A stretch of DNA of 62,799 nucleotides, filler included, from Collodictyon triciliatum (lineage: Eukaryota), in assembly GCA_043381765.1 (NCBI GenBank). It is 30 parts of 30 records of this genome, joined end to end, with 100 filler letters (N's around TTAATTAATTAA, not from the genome) between each part and the next. Parts side by side here need not be neighbours in the genome. Positions count along the whole stretch, not along the records: positions 28,617 to 30,596 come from JBHJMP010009777.1; positions 30,697 to 32,672 come from JBHJMP010009778.1; positions 32,773 to 35,843 come from JBHJMP010009779.1; positions 35,944 to 37,919 come from JBHJMP010009780.1; positions 38,020 to 39,994 come from JBHJMP010009781.1; positions 40,095 to 42,068 come from JBHJMP010009782.1; positions 42,169 to 44,142 come from JBHJMP010009783.1; 23 more parts are not named here. One strand, given 5' to 3'. Within the stretch, counting starts at the first letter, position 1; each line of letters opens with the position of its first letter. Position numbers and translations under genes: made by a program. Of the stretch, positions 28,824-42,610 are shown piece by piece. The notes under the pieces were generated by a model. The model had not been told where the DNA came from. It searched no databases and saw only the letters and a program-made list of their open reading frames with translations.

Positions 28824-29901
28824 AGTTAATCCCGGGTGCCGAATTTTATCACGAGATTTTGATGAGATTCTCAGGATTGACTTTGAAAAAGATGAGAATA
28901 TCATAGGCAAGGGTGGATTTGGTTTAGTCTTCAAAGTCACACTCCATGGAATTACATATGCAGTGAAAAAAATCGCAGATGCGTCCCTACGTAAGGGCCC
29001 TGATGGATTCGACTATGAAAAAGAGGGTAAAATGATGCTTGGGATGCAGCACCCTAACATTATCACATTATTTGATTTTGGATACCGTAATAGAGACCTA
29101 CTTTTTGTCATGGAGTTTGCAGATGGTGGAGACCTTTGTTCACTAATCAGAAAGTGCAAAGGGCTTGGAAACGAGATGACCATGAGATATGGTATGCACA
29201 TTATCGAAGGTCTTGTGTACCTGCATTCTTACTCCCCACGCCCTATTCAGCACCGAGATCTAAAGACAGAAAATGTTCTGCTTATCAACGGGATTGCAAA
29301 ATTGATCGACTTTGGTGTCTCGAAAAGTGGCGTTTCAATTAATTTGGAAAGCGAGTTTAGTGGATCCAAGAACTGGTCTCCTCCTGAAGTTTTTGTGGAG
29401 GGAAAGAGTATGGGTTTACCCAGTGACGTGTATTCTTACGGTGTTATATTATGGTCGATGCTATCTGGAAAATATCCTTACGAAGGCATGACGTACTCAA
29501 AGGTCGGATATGAATTGTCAAAGGGAACGCTGCCTATACCCGCCTCATGCCCCAAAAATCTTGCAGATTTGATTCACAAGTGTTGGGATAGAGACTACGA
29601 AAGGAGGATAAGTGCATCATCAATAAAAGATGAACTCAGCGTTGTCATCAGCAGTCCCATAATGGTTACACCAGTTCCTAGCGTTGTCTTAATTAAGGAC
29701 ATGACTCATGAAGAGCTGGTTGGTTATCTGCAATCAAATAGAGTAAGCCCAGCACTAGTTCAATCGCTCGCTGAAAGAGAGATTTCTGGTCGTCAACTTT
29801 TACTGATGAATGAAGCAGATTTTAGGCAACTGACACCAACGGTGAGCACTGAACAAATTCAAATCATACTTAACATGATAGAAGAAGCAAGCAAGACGTA
29901 G
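28824..29901 (+). CDS. TKL-type protein kinase with C-terminal SAM-like domain (start uncertain)
   Basis: IGKGGFG, AVKK, HRDLKTEN, DFG, PPE, DVYSYG, CW motifs, then EISGRQLLLMNEADF (SAM-like). The frame is open from 28786 with no introns. Confidence 0.88.
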
Positions 29902-30248
29902 TCATCATACCAAGGCTCAAGCCCCTCGCATTTCGTTTACTTGGACGTCCGTCGAAGCCACATCTCGATTGCATGAGTTTTCCCCCCTAAAATAAAATAA
30001 AGAAATGAAGAGGGAAAATTGAGCTATGAATACTCTAGTTATTCGCAGTCAGTTGGTCCAATCGTTAGTACAAATTATAATGCTGCAGTGGACAAAATGC
30101 CATTATGTTAGTGGGTCGAGAGTGTTGTTATTCCTGCAATTCTTTCGTGATATGACCCTGCAAGACTTTTGACCGTGACACGCTGTGATTGAATCAAGTG
30201 AGATGAATTCTGTTGCGCCGCTTGGATTTACCTTCTCCAAGCTGCTTG

Positions 30249-30307
30249 TGTGCGGCTTGTTGTAACCTTGAATCGAATAAAGGGGAAAAAAATGCGCGGC
30301 TTGTTGT
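30249..30307 (+). mobile_element. Ultra-short LINE-tail insertion with 15-bp TSD (1 mismatch)
   Basis: 29-nt insert 30264-30292 AACCTTGAATCGAATAAAGGGGAAAAAAA between TGTGCGGCTTGTTGT (30249-30263) and TGCGCGGCTTGTTGT (30293-30307). Confidence 0.9.
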
Positions 30308-31030
30308 TTTCGCGTCTTGGCTGCGACGGCCAAATAAGGGGAAGGCGGGTGGTTTTGCCTTGCACTCAAATAATCTGCAATTCGACAATCCAGGTTTCAT
30401 TTCTCTGCGCGCCAGTCGAGTCCCTTCGGAGCAGAACAAAGATCGTAGCTTGAAAAGTCTCACGATCTCCGACTAGCTCGAGTCTTTTTTTTTTTTTCAA
30501 CAAATTAATAATCAAGACAAAAACAAAAAACAAAAAAACAAAAAACAAAAAACAAAAAACAAAAAAACAAAAAACAAAAAACAAAAAACAAAAAACNNNN
30601 NNNNNNNNNNNNNNNNNNNNNNNNNNNNNNNNNNNNNNNNTTAATTAATTAANNNNNNNNNNNNNNNNNNNNNNNNNNNNNNNNNNNNNNNNNNNNCTTT
30701 CTGTCTTTCTGTCTTTCTGTCTTTCTGTCTTTCTGTCTTTCTGTCTTTCTGTCTTTCTGTCTTTCTGTCTTTCTGTCTTTCTGTCTTTCTGTCTTTCCTC
30801 TCTCCTCTTCCCTCTTCCCTCTTCCCTCTTCCCTCTTCTTTGTATTTTTCTTTTTCATTATTACGTCTGATTTTATAAAACCTATACTATACTTTTTCGT
30901 TCCCAACTCATTTATTTGAATTTGATTGTTTTGGATTCCATCCAACTTATTTTTCTGTATATGGTGTCATAGAAAATCGACTACCTTTTTTTTTTTTAAA
31001 AAAAAAAACAAAACAAAACAAAACAATGCA

Positions 31031-32275
31031 GATAAGACGAAAACGACATCTGTGCTGGAAAATACTGGTAGCGCCATTCTCGGAGGTTATTTGAGTTTAT
31101 TTAAGTCTGCCCAGCGACTACCATCAAGTAGAAGGGCAGGTAGTCTCGACCCAGAGACCATTCTTGGGACAGCAGAGAATGCAACCAAGGCGATTGCACG
31201 GTCTGGAATCAAAGAACAGCTGTGCGGTGACAGTGGATATTCTGCATCATCCGATCTGCTGCAAATAGCATCATACAAGCAATGTTCAGACGCCGATGCA
31301 GCTGCAGTTACCGTCTCTGCAAACGGAAGCCCTGGAGTGCTTATCAGTAAAGAAGCGTATGGAGCAAACCCTGACCCTACACTACATGTGGCGAACACAG
31401 CAAGCAACTTCTATCAGTCGAACCTGACAATTGGGTCGGACATCCTTAACGTGAATCTGGAGACTTCTGGAGTGAATGGGAAGGACGTTAAGGTTGAGAA
31501 TCTGCAAACGCCCATCAGGATTGTCATCGCACGCTCTAACCCGGACAACCTTGACCTTTCAGAGTACATGCCATCATGCAACTTTTATGACGAGGCCAAG
31601 AGAGACTGGAGCGGAGAGGGATGCAGCATGGTGAGCTACACAGATGCACAGGTCACATGTATGTGTAACCACTTGACGTCGTTTGGCAGTGCGCTCAAAA
31701 GGGTTGTTGCAGCGACCAACTCAAAGAGCCGGTCTCGAAGCAAAAGAAAGTCTCGAAGCCGCACAAAGGTCAGGAGAACACAAAGCAGAAGCAGAAATGC
31801 GACAAAGTCCAACCGACACTCACGCAGTCGTAGCCCTTTTGGTACCAGATCCAAGCGGTACACCAAGAGTCGGACGAGGTCGCGCAAACCTGCAATGACG
31901 GCATCCCCAGGACCGCAGGGCCAGTCGCGAAGCAAGAAGCCAGGGGCAGGAGGCTCGGCAGGCGGAGGCGGAGGCATGATAGGAATAATAGCAGGGGCTG
32001 TTGGGGGTATCGGGGGTATTCTTCTTATTGTAGGCGGAGTTATCCTCTACAGACGCCGCCGCAATTTGCTTAGAAGTGCTCCAAGACAGTTGGGTATTCC
32101 CAATAGATCGCAATCCTGGCAAAGGTCGCAACCTTACATTTCGGCGAAGGCTAACCCCCCACCAGAAGAAAATGATGCAATTTCCAGCCCTTCAAATTAT
32201 CCTCAGCATTTCCTTAGGAGCGGGACAGGTCCTTCGCCCTCTCTGCCGCCACCTGAGGAATCTGACAATGAATGA
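31031..32275 (+). CDS. GAIN/GPS-domain single-pass membrane protein, terminal exon
   Basis: GPS motif CNFYDEAKRDWSGEGC...VTCMCNHLTSFG, an RS-rich segment, a Gly-rich TM helix IGIIAGAVGGIGGILLIVGGVILY, RRRR stop-transfer and a Pro-rich tail. CAG acceptor near 31031. Confidence 0.85.
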   Translation, partial: DKTKTTSVLENTGSAILGGYLSLFKSAQRLPSSRRAGSLDPETILGTAENATKAIARSGIKEQLCGDSGYSASSDLLQIASYKQCSDADAAAVTVSANGSPGVLISKEAYGANPDPTLHVANTASNFYQSNLTIGSDILNVNLETSGVNGKDVKVENLQTPIRIVIARSNPDNLDLSEYMPSCNFYDEAKRDWSGEGCSMVSYTDAQVTCMCNHLTSFGSALKRVVAATNSKSRSRSKRKSRSRTKVRRTQSRSRNATKSNRHSRSRSPFGTRSKRYTKSRTRSRKPAMTASPGPQGQSRSKKPGAGGSAGGGGGMIGIIAGAVGGIGGILLIVGGVILYRRRRNLLRSAPRQLGIPNRSQSWQRSQPYISAKANPPPEENDAISSPSNYPQHFLRSGTGPSPSLPPPEESDNE

Positions 32276-32772
32276 GTAAGAAAAAAATGTGCTGCTGAGG
32301 GGATGTTTTAAAGAAAACAAGAGTTAATATAATTTTTTATTCTAAAAGTCTTAGCTGTTGAGCCCGTCTCAACAATCTTTCATTCAACCATCCTGCAAGT
32401 AGTTCCAAAGTAGGTGAGGATGTGTGGGAGATAAAAAAGGGAAAAAAACAGGGAAAAAAATAAAAGAAAAAAAAGAAGGGAAAAGAGAGGTCATTGAGGC
32501 TTGATAAGAGACGCATGGATTTCTTTTGGGGACGCGTGGTAGTATCCCACGAGCATGAGAGAAAAAGGGACGGGTGATATTGATTGGATGGAGGAGGGGG
32601 AATACTGCTTTGATGGCGCAAGCTGTCGAAAAGGATGGTGAAAAGAGAAGTGAGGTTCGTTTCATAAGCACTNNNNNNNNNNNNNNNNNNNNNNNNNNNN
32701 NNNNNNNNNNNNNNNNTTAATTAATTAANNNNNNNNNNNNNNNNNNNNNNNNNNNNNNNNNNNNNNNNNNNN

Positions 32773-35700
32773 TCTTTGAGTCGGCGATGATTTCTTCATA
32801 TTTGTGACTGAGAACGGCAATCAGGAGATTAATTAGAAGAATATTGAACATGAAGAGAAATCCAAAGTATAGAATTGGACCAAGAACAGGACTTGTCATG
32901 TAGATATCTTCGAAACTTAGACCACCAAACATGAAAGAGATGAAGCTGTAAATCAGATATTCAGTTGACGAAAGGTATACGACGTTTCTTCCAACAACAA
33001 CATAAATAGCAGTCCCAAAAGCAGCCATGAAGACAAATATCAATATGAGAAACATTATCATTTCTCCAAGCATTTTAAATATTACTGTCAATAACAGACC
33101 AAACTTTTCATGGACACGGAAAAAGTAAAGAAGTCTTGTCCATGCAAAGAAATTCAGTAGACTTAAAAAATTCTGCTTGATGTAGTCAAATCGAACAATA
33201 TCATGATATAAAGAAAAATCTTTCCTTGTCGAAACACCTTCAAAGTTGTGAGAAAAGGCGAGGGCATCGATGTAAATGTGAAAAAAAATTGTGAGAAATA
33301 AAGAAAAAACGATAAGCATGTCAATCCAGTTCCATCCAGAGGTCATGTACAGTTTGATTCCTTCTTCAACAATCTGGTCAATTTCATGTAAGAATAACCC
33401 AACCGCATACACAATTATCATCAGTCCGATAAAATTTAAGAATTCATCTCCACCGTAGTTGGGTCGAACAATAGTGAGAATCCTAGTGCTTACAATATTC
33501 CCACCTGAAGTTGGATATTCAATCACTTGGATGACATATGCCATCAAATCTGCATTATCACAGGCAATGAGAGCTTCTAAGAAAACGACCCTTGATTGGA
33601 TATCAAGCCATCCATCTTCCTGTAATCCATTCAGCCGTAATACTGCTTCCGTTTGGTTGATAGGTAAATCCTCAGCGAATCCACCTCCATGATACCAGAC
33701 CCTTTGCTGACCGTATACACTAACACCAGCCAGGTCACTCTCTGATATCCATTTGAATTTTTCAGAATGACCATAGCTATTTTTATCTTCATTCTCGTGG
33801 CTGAAAGAAGATAGGCATTTTGTCGTGTTCAGGGGTGAGGGTTCAGTGAGATAAGATGGCGGATAATCGTTACAATCACGCAGCTTTGAGCGGAGCTGGC
33901 GGATTCGAACCGGTGAAGCTAATCGATAGTATGCTATTTTTTCAGAATCTGTTGTAGCTTGCGAAATATTACCATAGATGCTCCATCCACTGTATGCGAG
34001 GGGAATGAAAACCGTCTCCACATAATCGAAAAGTCCCTTTGAGAGCAGATTATCATCGTCCTGATTGCCGGTGAACGTTTTCTCAAGGGTTTTAGTGAAA
34101 TAGACAGATGAGATACCGTCAGAAACGTTTTGGTTTGTTGTATAAATTGAGAGTGCAGTTAAGAAGACGATGTAGTGGAAGAAACAAAAGTAAAAGTTCC
34201 CTTGAGGTGAGGTTGAAGCCGTTGCAGTGCGATGAAAAAATTTGGCAACTTTACCAATATGCTTGTCATAAGCTTTGAATATTGCCTTTTCCTGTCTTTT
34301 ATTTTCTTCGTCTTTAGAAAATTTTTTATCATCACAATCATTTTCACCATATTTGGGATTATCAGATCCATTTTCATCTTTTTTGAGCACAGGACTCTTA
34401 TCTCCCTTATCTTCAATCTTTTTCTCATCGAAATCTTCCTTGGAACTAGCTCCTGAACCAATATAAATGTTTTCGAGGATATCTTCATCTTCGTGGGAAT
34501 TACCAGACCAAATACTGTCAACTTTTTTGGAGACATCTGGGAACGAGAGGAAATACTTCGCCTTTGCTTCTCGAGCCTTTTCGATGTAGTGCTCTGGCAC
34601 CTCGTAATTTCCTCTAATACTTTCAGATGTCTTAGATTCCTCCTCAATCAATTTCATAGCATAGTAATCGAATATTACCGGGATGCTGCGGTCTCGAATG
34701 GATAAAACCCGGAGTAGAGACAAAATTGTGAGGGCTTTTTCGATGGGGTCACGTGTATTTCCCTTTTTCCATTTCAGTATATCAATAACTGAACGTAGTT
34801 TGTCGAATTCGTAAAGATTTCTCTTCAAGCTGATGGTTTTGAGATGCATTATGCTGCATAATTCCGGTGGCAGGGCTAAAAGTATAACTTTCTATCAAAA
34901 TTTATCAAAATTCTTATAAAATTAAAGAGAAGTTCTGCCAGCGAATAAAATAAATAAAAATTTAACAGAATCGAAAAATAAGAAAAAGAATTTGATGAAA
35001 CATACCAACTTCACGTTCATGATACCACTCCTTTGCATCCTTAGATAAATCAACTGTGGGATCATCTATTATTCCTAGCTTGTTATAGTCAAGACAAAGT
35101 GTCCGGAGTTTTGATAGCTTGCTCACAAAAGATGGGACTGATGTAACCATATTATGACTCATGTCAAGCTGAATCAAATTAGTAAGATATTGAATTTGTT
35201 CGGGAAATGCATGAAACCTATTATTTGACAATGTAAGAGATGTCAATTTGGTCAGATATTTTGCAAAGTGACCCAGAGAGGTTAGCCCAACCTTCGAGAT
35301 ATCTAGGATTTTTTCACCAGTTTGAAATTTTTCCAACAATTTCTGGTCATTGATATTCGAGCATGTCAATTTTATAGTTTCTACTTCCAGAAAGTCTCCT
35401 ATGTTTTCAGGGATATGTGTAAAGTCGTTGCTTTGAATGTCCAGGGTTTTCAGTTTCTGTAAGGCGGCAAGTTCGGTAGGGATGGATGTAAATTTGTTGG
35501 AGGACATTCCCACATACTCTAGGCAACGCAAGTTTGTAAAGCTATCGGGAAGAAATTGAATCGAATTGCCGTGGAATGATAAACTCACAACCAATTTCAT
35601 ACTCATGAATATATCTGGTATCTCGTTAAGTTGGTTTCCAGAAAATGACAGGATTTTAATGGAGGTCATCGTCGAGATGTAATCTGGTAAAATCGAAAAC

Positions 35701-35843
35701 TTATTGTGAGATATATTAAGCTCGGTAAGCCTTGTCAAAATAATTGTAATCGGAAGCGTTGATATTTCATTCCTTTCCAGATTCAAAGATTCTAGGAGCA
35801 TTAAGTGGGAAAGGCATTGAATATCGCCAAGACCATTTGCATC
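32773..35843 (-). CDS. LRR-containing polycystin-2/TRPP-like cation channel, partial, 2 exons
   Basis: LRR exon 35006-35843 joins through a GT-AG intron (34876-35005) in frame to an exon with polycystin-domain motifs (VRIRQLR, YHGGGF, LQEDGWLDIQSRVVF), SGWNWID and TM helices ending LINLLIAVL. Confidence 0.85.
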
Positions 35844-36210
35844 NNNNNNNNNNNNNNNNNNNNNNNNNNNNNNNNNNNNNNNNNNNNTTAATTAATTAAN
35901 NNNNNNNNNNNNNNNNNNNNNNNNNNNNNNNNNNNNNNNNNNNCTCTTTCTCTCTTTCTCTCTTTCTCTCTTTCTCTCTTTCTCTCTTTCTCTCTTTCTC
36001 TCTTTCTCTCTTTCTCTCTTTCTCTCTTTCTCTCTTTTTCTTTGTCTCTCTCTCTCTTTCACTTGTGACATGATATGATCGGCAACAAAATGCAGAGAAT
36101 AAATGAGTGTCTCCTTTCCCTGTTGACTGGCTGACTTTATGCGATATGCTCTGACACGCTGTCACATGCCTTCCAATACTTACCTTGTCCTTTTTCAAAG
36201 ATCGCGTGCC

Positions 36211-37759
<1,549 letters not shown>

Positions 37760-38019
37760 GTATATTGCCACCTAATATAACTCTCCTTTCTTTATACTTC
37801 TACTTCTACTTCTACTTCTACTTCTACTTCTACTTCTACTTCTACTTCTACTTCTACTTCTACTTCTACTTCTACTTCTACTTCTACTTCTACTTCTACT
37901 TCTACTTCTACCTCTACTTNNNNNNNNNNNNNNNNNNNNNNNNNNNNNNNNNNNNNNNNNNNNTTAATTAATTAANNNNNNNNNNNNNNNNNNNNNNNNN
38001 NNNNNNNNNNNNNNNNNNN

Positions 38020-39233
38020 ATAAATGAGGAAATAGCAGATAAGGCTTACCCATACAAAAAATAATAATGTGGAGCTATCCACTACGAATTAAATGCTCTT
38101 GGAATTACGAGTAATAATAGTACCGAAAAATAAAGGACAGCTTGAGTAAACCATCCTGCTCTAAGCAACTCAGTTCTAGCAGAGAGGGTCAATCACCGAG
38201 GTTCATGCTTCCAAAAGCCAATAGATTACCCATGGGATTTAACCTTCTGATATGGAGCTTTAGGGGATTAACGAACCCAAAGAGTAAAAGAGGCTGTAAA
38301 CGCTGCTATTTTCACTCACGCAGACATCGTCTGCCTCCAAGAAACGGCTGAGCCCTGACCACCTAACCAATAATCAAACACCTTTGAATCGAATAAAGGA
38401 AAAAACCAATAATCAAGGATGGAAAGTGCATGAATGTGGCTCTGTGACGATAATCAACACATATATGCAGGACAGTGGATAGGTGCACGTTTAGTCCATG
38501 CACCAACAACCTCTCCAGAATGCACCATGTGCCATAGTGGAGACGACTCTACCGAACACACATTTGTGAAGTACTCTCTTGCTCAAAAAGTAGCAGAATC
38601 TACCCACAAGATGCTCTCTGAGCTTGATTATGCTCCCAACCAACCCAGCGCGTCAGACATCCTGTTTGGTGCACAATAATAAATGACCCACGACTTTGGA
38701 ATACTCTGGACTGTCACAAGGGGACATATGCTGTGGTCCCTATGGAGTGTGCGTGCATTCTCTCGCACTAATGATTCACCCAAACGAGAAATCCATGTAT
38801 GCAGGCTGGAAAGCCTCGTGCAATACAGCTTCCTGAACAGCTTGCTGAAACACGCCCGCATTCTTCGCTACTCTGACCGCAAGCGAAGAGAGATGTGGGA
38901 ATGTGTCGTAAGATATCTCCCACAGCATATCCAACCCCTGCTACCCACGCAACCAATCAACCAGATGGGACGCCCGCCTGACCAACTCTCTATCACTGAT
39001 TTCTTTACAGTTGTTTCATCAGCAAATAATTTTTAATCTAGGCTCTTCAGAGTTGAGGTTATTCTCAACCCTCTCGAGTGCATAGTGATGAACCATGAAC
39101 CCAGCTTCCGTACCAAGCTGGCCTGCACTCTTATCCGACACACGTCACTGCTTTCAACCAAGGTGCAAACCAATTACGTCGGATTGTAAAAAATCTAAAA
39201 ACCCTTCCTTCCCTTGAATCGAATAAAGGGAAA
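38020..39233 (+). mobile_element. Internally deleted, decayed L1/Tx1-like LINE (ORF1 end, APE start, zinc-binding C-terminus, 3' UTR, terminal hairpin)
   Basis: 38145-38300 is similar to 60560-60728; ADIVCLQET APE motif. Jumps to WIGARL..CTMC..EH near 38476. ORF2 stop at 39036; ends CCCTTGAATCGAATAAAGGG-AAA (39211-39233). Confidence 0.85.
38365..38416 (+). mobile_element. Ultra-short LINE-tail insertion with 13-bp TSD, nested in the LINE
   Basis: 26-nt insert 38378-38403 ACACCTTTGAATCGAATAAAGGAAAA between perfect AACCAATAATCAA copies at 38365-38377 and 38404-38416. Confidence 0.92.
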
Positions 39234-40480
39234 CTCTGGGGTCGTGGATCATTTGGAGTTGCGGGCTAAACAGGATGTTGAGTGCAATGAGTCGGTTGGG
39301 AGCTTAATCAATCCCAGAGATGCTTTCCCCCCATTATGACGCTTATCAAGCCATGGCCCGAGCGTGTGTTGCCACCAATCGTATGCAATTCTGCTGGGCC
39401 CTCTTATTTATTTATTGGGTTGTTTGAACGTTTGTCTTACTATCCATTTATTTTTTTTTTATCTGCCAGGCTGCTTCGTGTACTTGTGTGTTTCCGTAGA
39501 CATCAAATCGGGGCCTTCATAATTTGTTCTTGTTGCATAATCCTTTTTTTTCCCTATATCTTAAGCTCTGAGCCTGTGTTCCATGGTTGTACGCTCTGGA
39601 GCGACTCAGACGGACTGGACTTGAGAGGTCCAGTCAGGGGACGCGATACCATAATTGAGGCACGGATGTCGCAGACAGAAAGAAATGGATATCGGGGTGA
39701 GTCCTACCGTACTTTATGGGATTTGCTTTCTTCATTTTTATTGGCGGTTGACGCTCCAAACACTTTTCAGACTAGGACGGTACACTCACCTTTTTATTTA
39801 TTTATTTTATTCTTCCTTTCAATTTTGTGCACGATGGTGGGGATGTTGGCTGGTTGGTACACTCACCTTACTCATCGGCAGGATATTTTGCCAATGACGA
39901 GTTGTGTTTTTTGAAGATGGGAAAGAGGTAGAATAGAATAGAAAAAAAAAAAAAAAACAAAGAAAGCGCCAAACGAACACAAGACCATCAGTTCNNNNNN
40001 NNNNNNNNNNNNNNNNNNNNNNNNNNNNNNNNNNNNNNTTAATTAATTAANNNNNNNNNNNNNNNNNNNNNNNNNNNNNNNNNNNNNNNNNNNNACCAAA
40101 TATTTTGTATGATAAAATTTGATCAGAACCACACTGTTCTACTATCAGAATGCTTGTGAATTCTGGCCTAAAGATTCCACTGTCTTGTAAAATGTGTGTT
40201 GAATATGTTAATTATGGAGTTTTTTTATGTATTGAGATAATTCAATATATGAAATAAATAAATAAAAATATTCCTGATAAAAATGAAACGAACAAAATTC
40301 ACAATAAGGCTTGTATATGATCTAAAATTGCGAGCGCAAAGACCCATGTGCGGTGAGATAGGGAAAAATGAGCCTATTTGGCTAGTTCGTCAGGTGCTAC
40401 TATGAAAAGCTTTTGTTAGATTCCACTAAGAAAGCATTGAAATTACTCTATCCGTAACTTTGTATATCTGAAATAATTAA

Positions 40481-40509
40481 TTTTTTGTTCCTTAATTCGA
40501 TTCAAAGTG
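40481..40509 (-). mobile_element. Ultra-short LINE-tail element (degenerate, no visible TSD)
   Basis: Minus strand CACTTTGAATCGAATTAAGGAACAAAAAA, one mismatch in the core. Confidence 0.65.
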
Positions 40510-42610
40510 CAGCGCGGTTTTGCCATACAAAGGGACGAGATAAGTGCGCCTGGTAAAAAGCAAACGCGAGTAGAAGACACCACCGTAGAAAGGCTAGCAA
40601 TATCTATAATGTTTGTTTTAAAATCTTTTCATGTCGTAAAATTCAATCACCTTGGTTTTTCGAACATCTATTCTTATAATACATCCATCACCCAATCTCA
40701 TCTGTGCTCATGTGAGAGATAAAGAAAATTTTGTAATGATAACAAAGAAGCAGAGTCTACTACTTAGAATTATATAATCAAAGAACTTATGTATTAAGTC
40801 ATGCAAAGTGTATCATACTTAATTCCGACTAATTGAAGTGTAATTTTGCGACTAAAGACGCCGCGTTGAAAGGACGACTATCTCCGGACTATTTGGAATG
40901 TATAATTGTTTGTTTAAGTTTCCAAAATATTGAGGTTTAATGTAGTAACTAATTCAACTATAAATATATATATATGTTTTTTTGGAGTCTATCCGACAAT
41001 TCAAGAGCATTATTCTTACGAATCCGCTATTGCCTTTGTTGCAGGAGTTGTGCAGTATGTCAGCTATTGCTCGTAATCTGCTGGATACTAAATGTGAATT
41101 GATCAATAAAAACGGTTTCTAAAGTTGAAAGAATTCAATATATATAAATAAAGAATGGGGTAGTAAATATCAAAACAGTAAATAGAGTAACCACTTCCTC
41201 ATCACGCAGATTTCTTCCTCTTCGATGGTTGCAAATGTTCGAACAAACAATTAATGTTGCGTATTATCTGATTTTTATTATTGTGAAATTATGTCATCTC
41301 ACATGTATTAAAAATCGATTCTTCGATATAATTTGTTATTATAAAGTTACATTATTACATTTCCGGTGCCAAATGATCAGCTTCAGTCGCAGGGATGCAG
41401 TCATTATAGATGAACTTTATCCTCCCTTTTTGGCCATAGCTCAACCATTTTCTCTATCCTATGGACAGTGAGGGTCATTTAAGGTATTGTTTATAATAGC
41501 ATGACTAATAGAAGTAAATATTGTCATATATTTTGATACGGCCTGCGGTTGATGAAAAAAACTTAACAATGGTAATAAAAAAATAATGATAAATAACTCA
41601 CCTCCTACCCTAAATCATAGAGATACCCCGAGCACAATAAACGATGAGGGGCTTAGTCTGTTATCCTGATAGTATGCTCCCAGGCATGTTAAATTGACGG
41701 CAGCTTCGCTTGATAAAAAAATAAAAATATAGAGGGAGGAAGGCATATAATTATTATATAGATCAGAATATGTTGTATTTTTTCACTAGTACGTGAATCC
41801 CATAAAAAGCCTGGGTTGAGAAGAGATAGGCAAAAAGATCAAAATAACCGAAATGATGGCAAGTATGTGGCTAAATGAGATGTACTTGATGTTTGCATCT
41901 TTGGATAAATCCGTCCAAGAGAGTGCGATGTGGACAACAGAGTAACCAATGTCTCAGTCGCCGTCATGCCCGTGAAAATTATCCCAAGCTGCACGTGATG
42001 GGATTAGAGCTCAATATACACCATAAATAATAATAAAACTAAAGCTATAGCTATGAAGATAAAAGAATNNNNNNNNNNNNNNNNNNNNNNNNNNNNNNNN
42101 NNNNNNNNNNNNTTAATTAATTAANNNNNNNNNNNNNNNNNNNNNNNNNNNNNNNNNNNNNNNNNNNNGAGTTTTATTGATGCCTTTATTCTTGCAGTAA
42201 TGTGCATATACGAGTTTCATAAACGAGCTTCATATGCCTTAACCACATTATTTTTCTTTCGATTTTAAATGACTAGAATCACTAGCTTATCATTCCCCTG
42301 CATGAAAACTATTCACTACGATTGTGTCGCAGTGCTTTATAGATTATTTTATTTGTTTCCCTGAATATATAAATTGAACATATAGGGCCGTGTTCTCGTT
42401 CCGTCTGCTGCAGATGAAACAGGGGATTTCCCTACTGGTTTTTATTTAATTCTATAAATCATTTTTGAATATATACATATTAGAAAGCTAGAATCAAATT
42501 CATAAGCAACCGCCAGGACGGCAGTCTTTTGAAAAAAATATATGTTGTTTCATAATTCGAAAACTGATAATTGCTCCTAACCATTATCGTGATTGGTCGA
42601 AATTCTTAAG

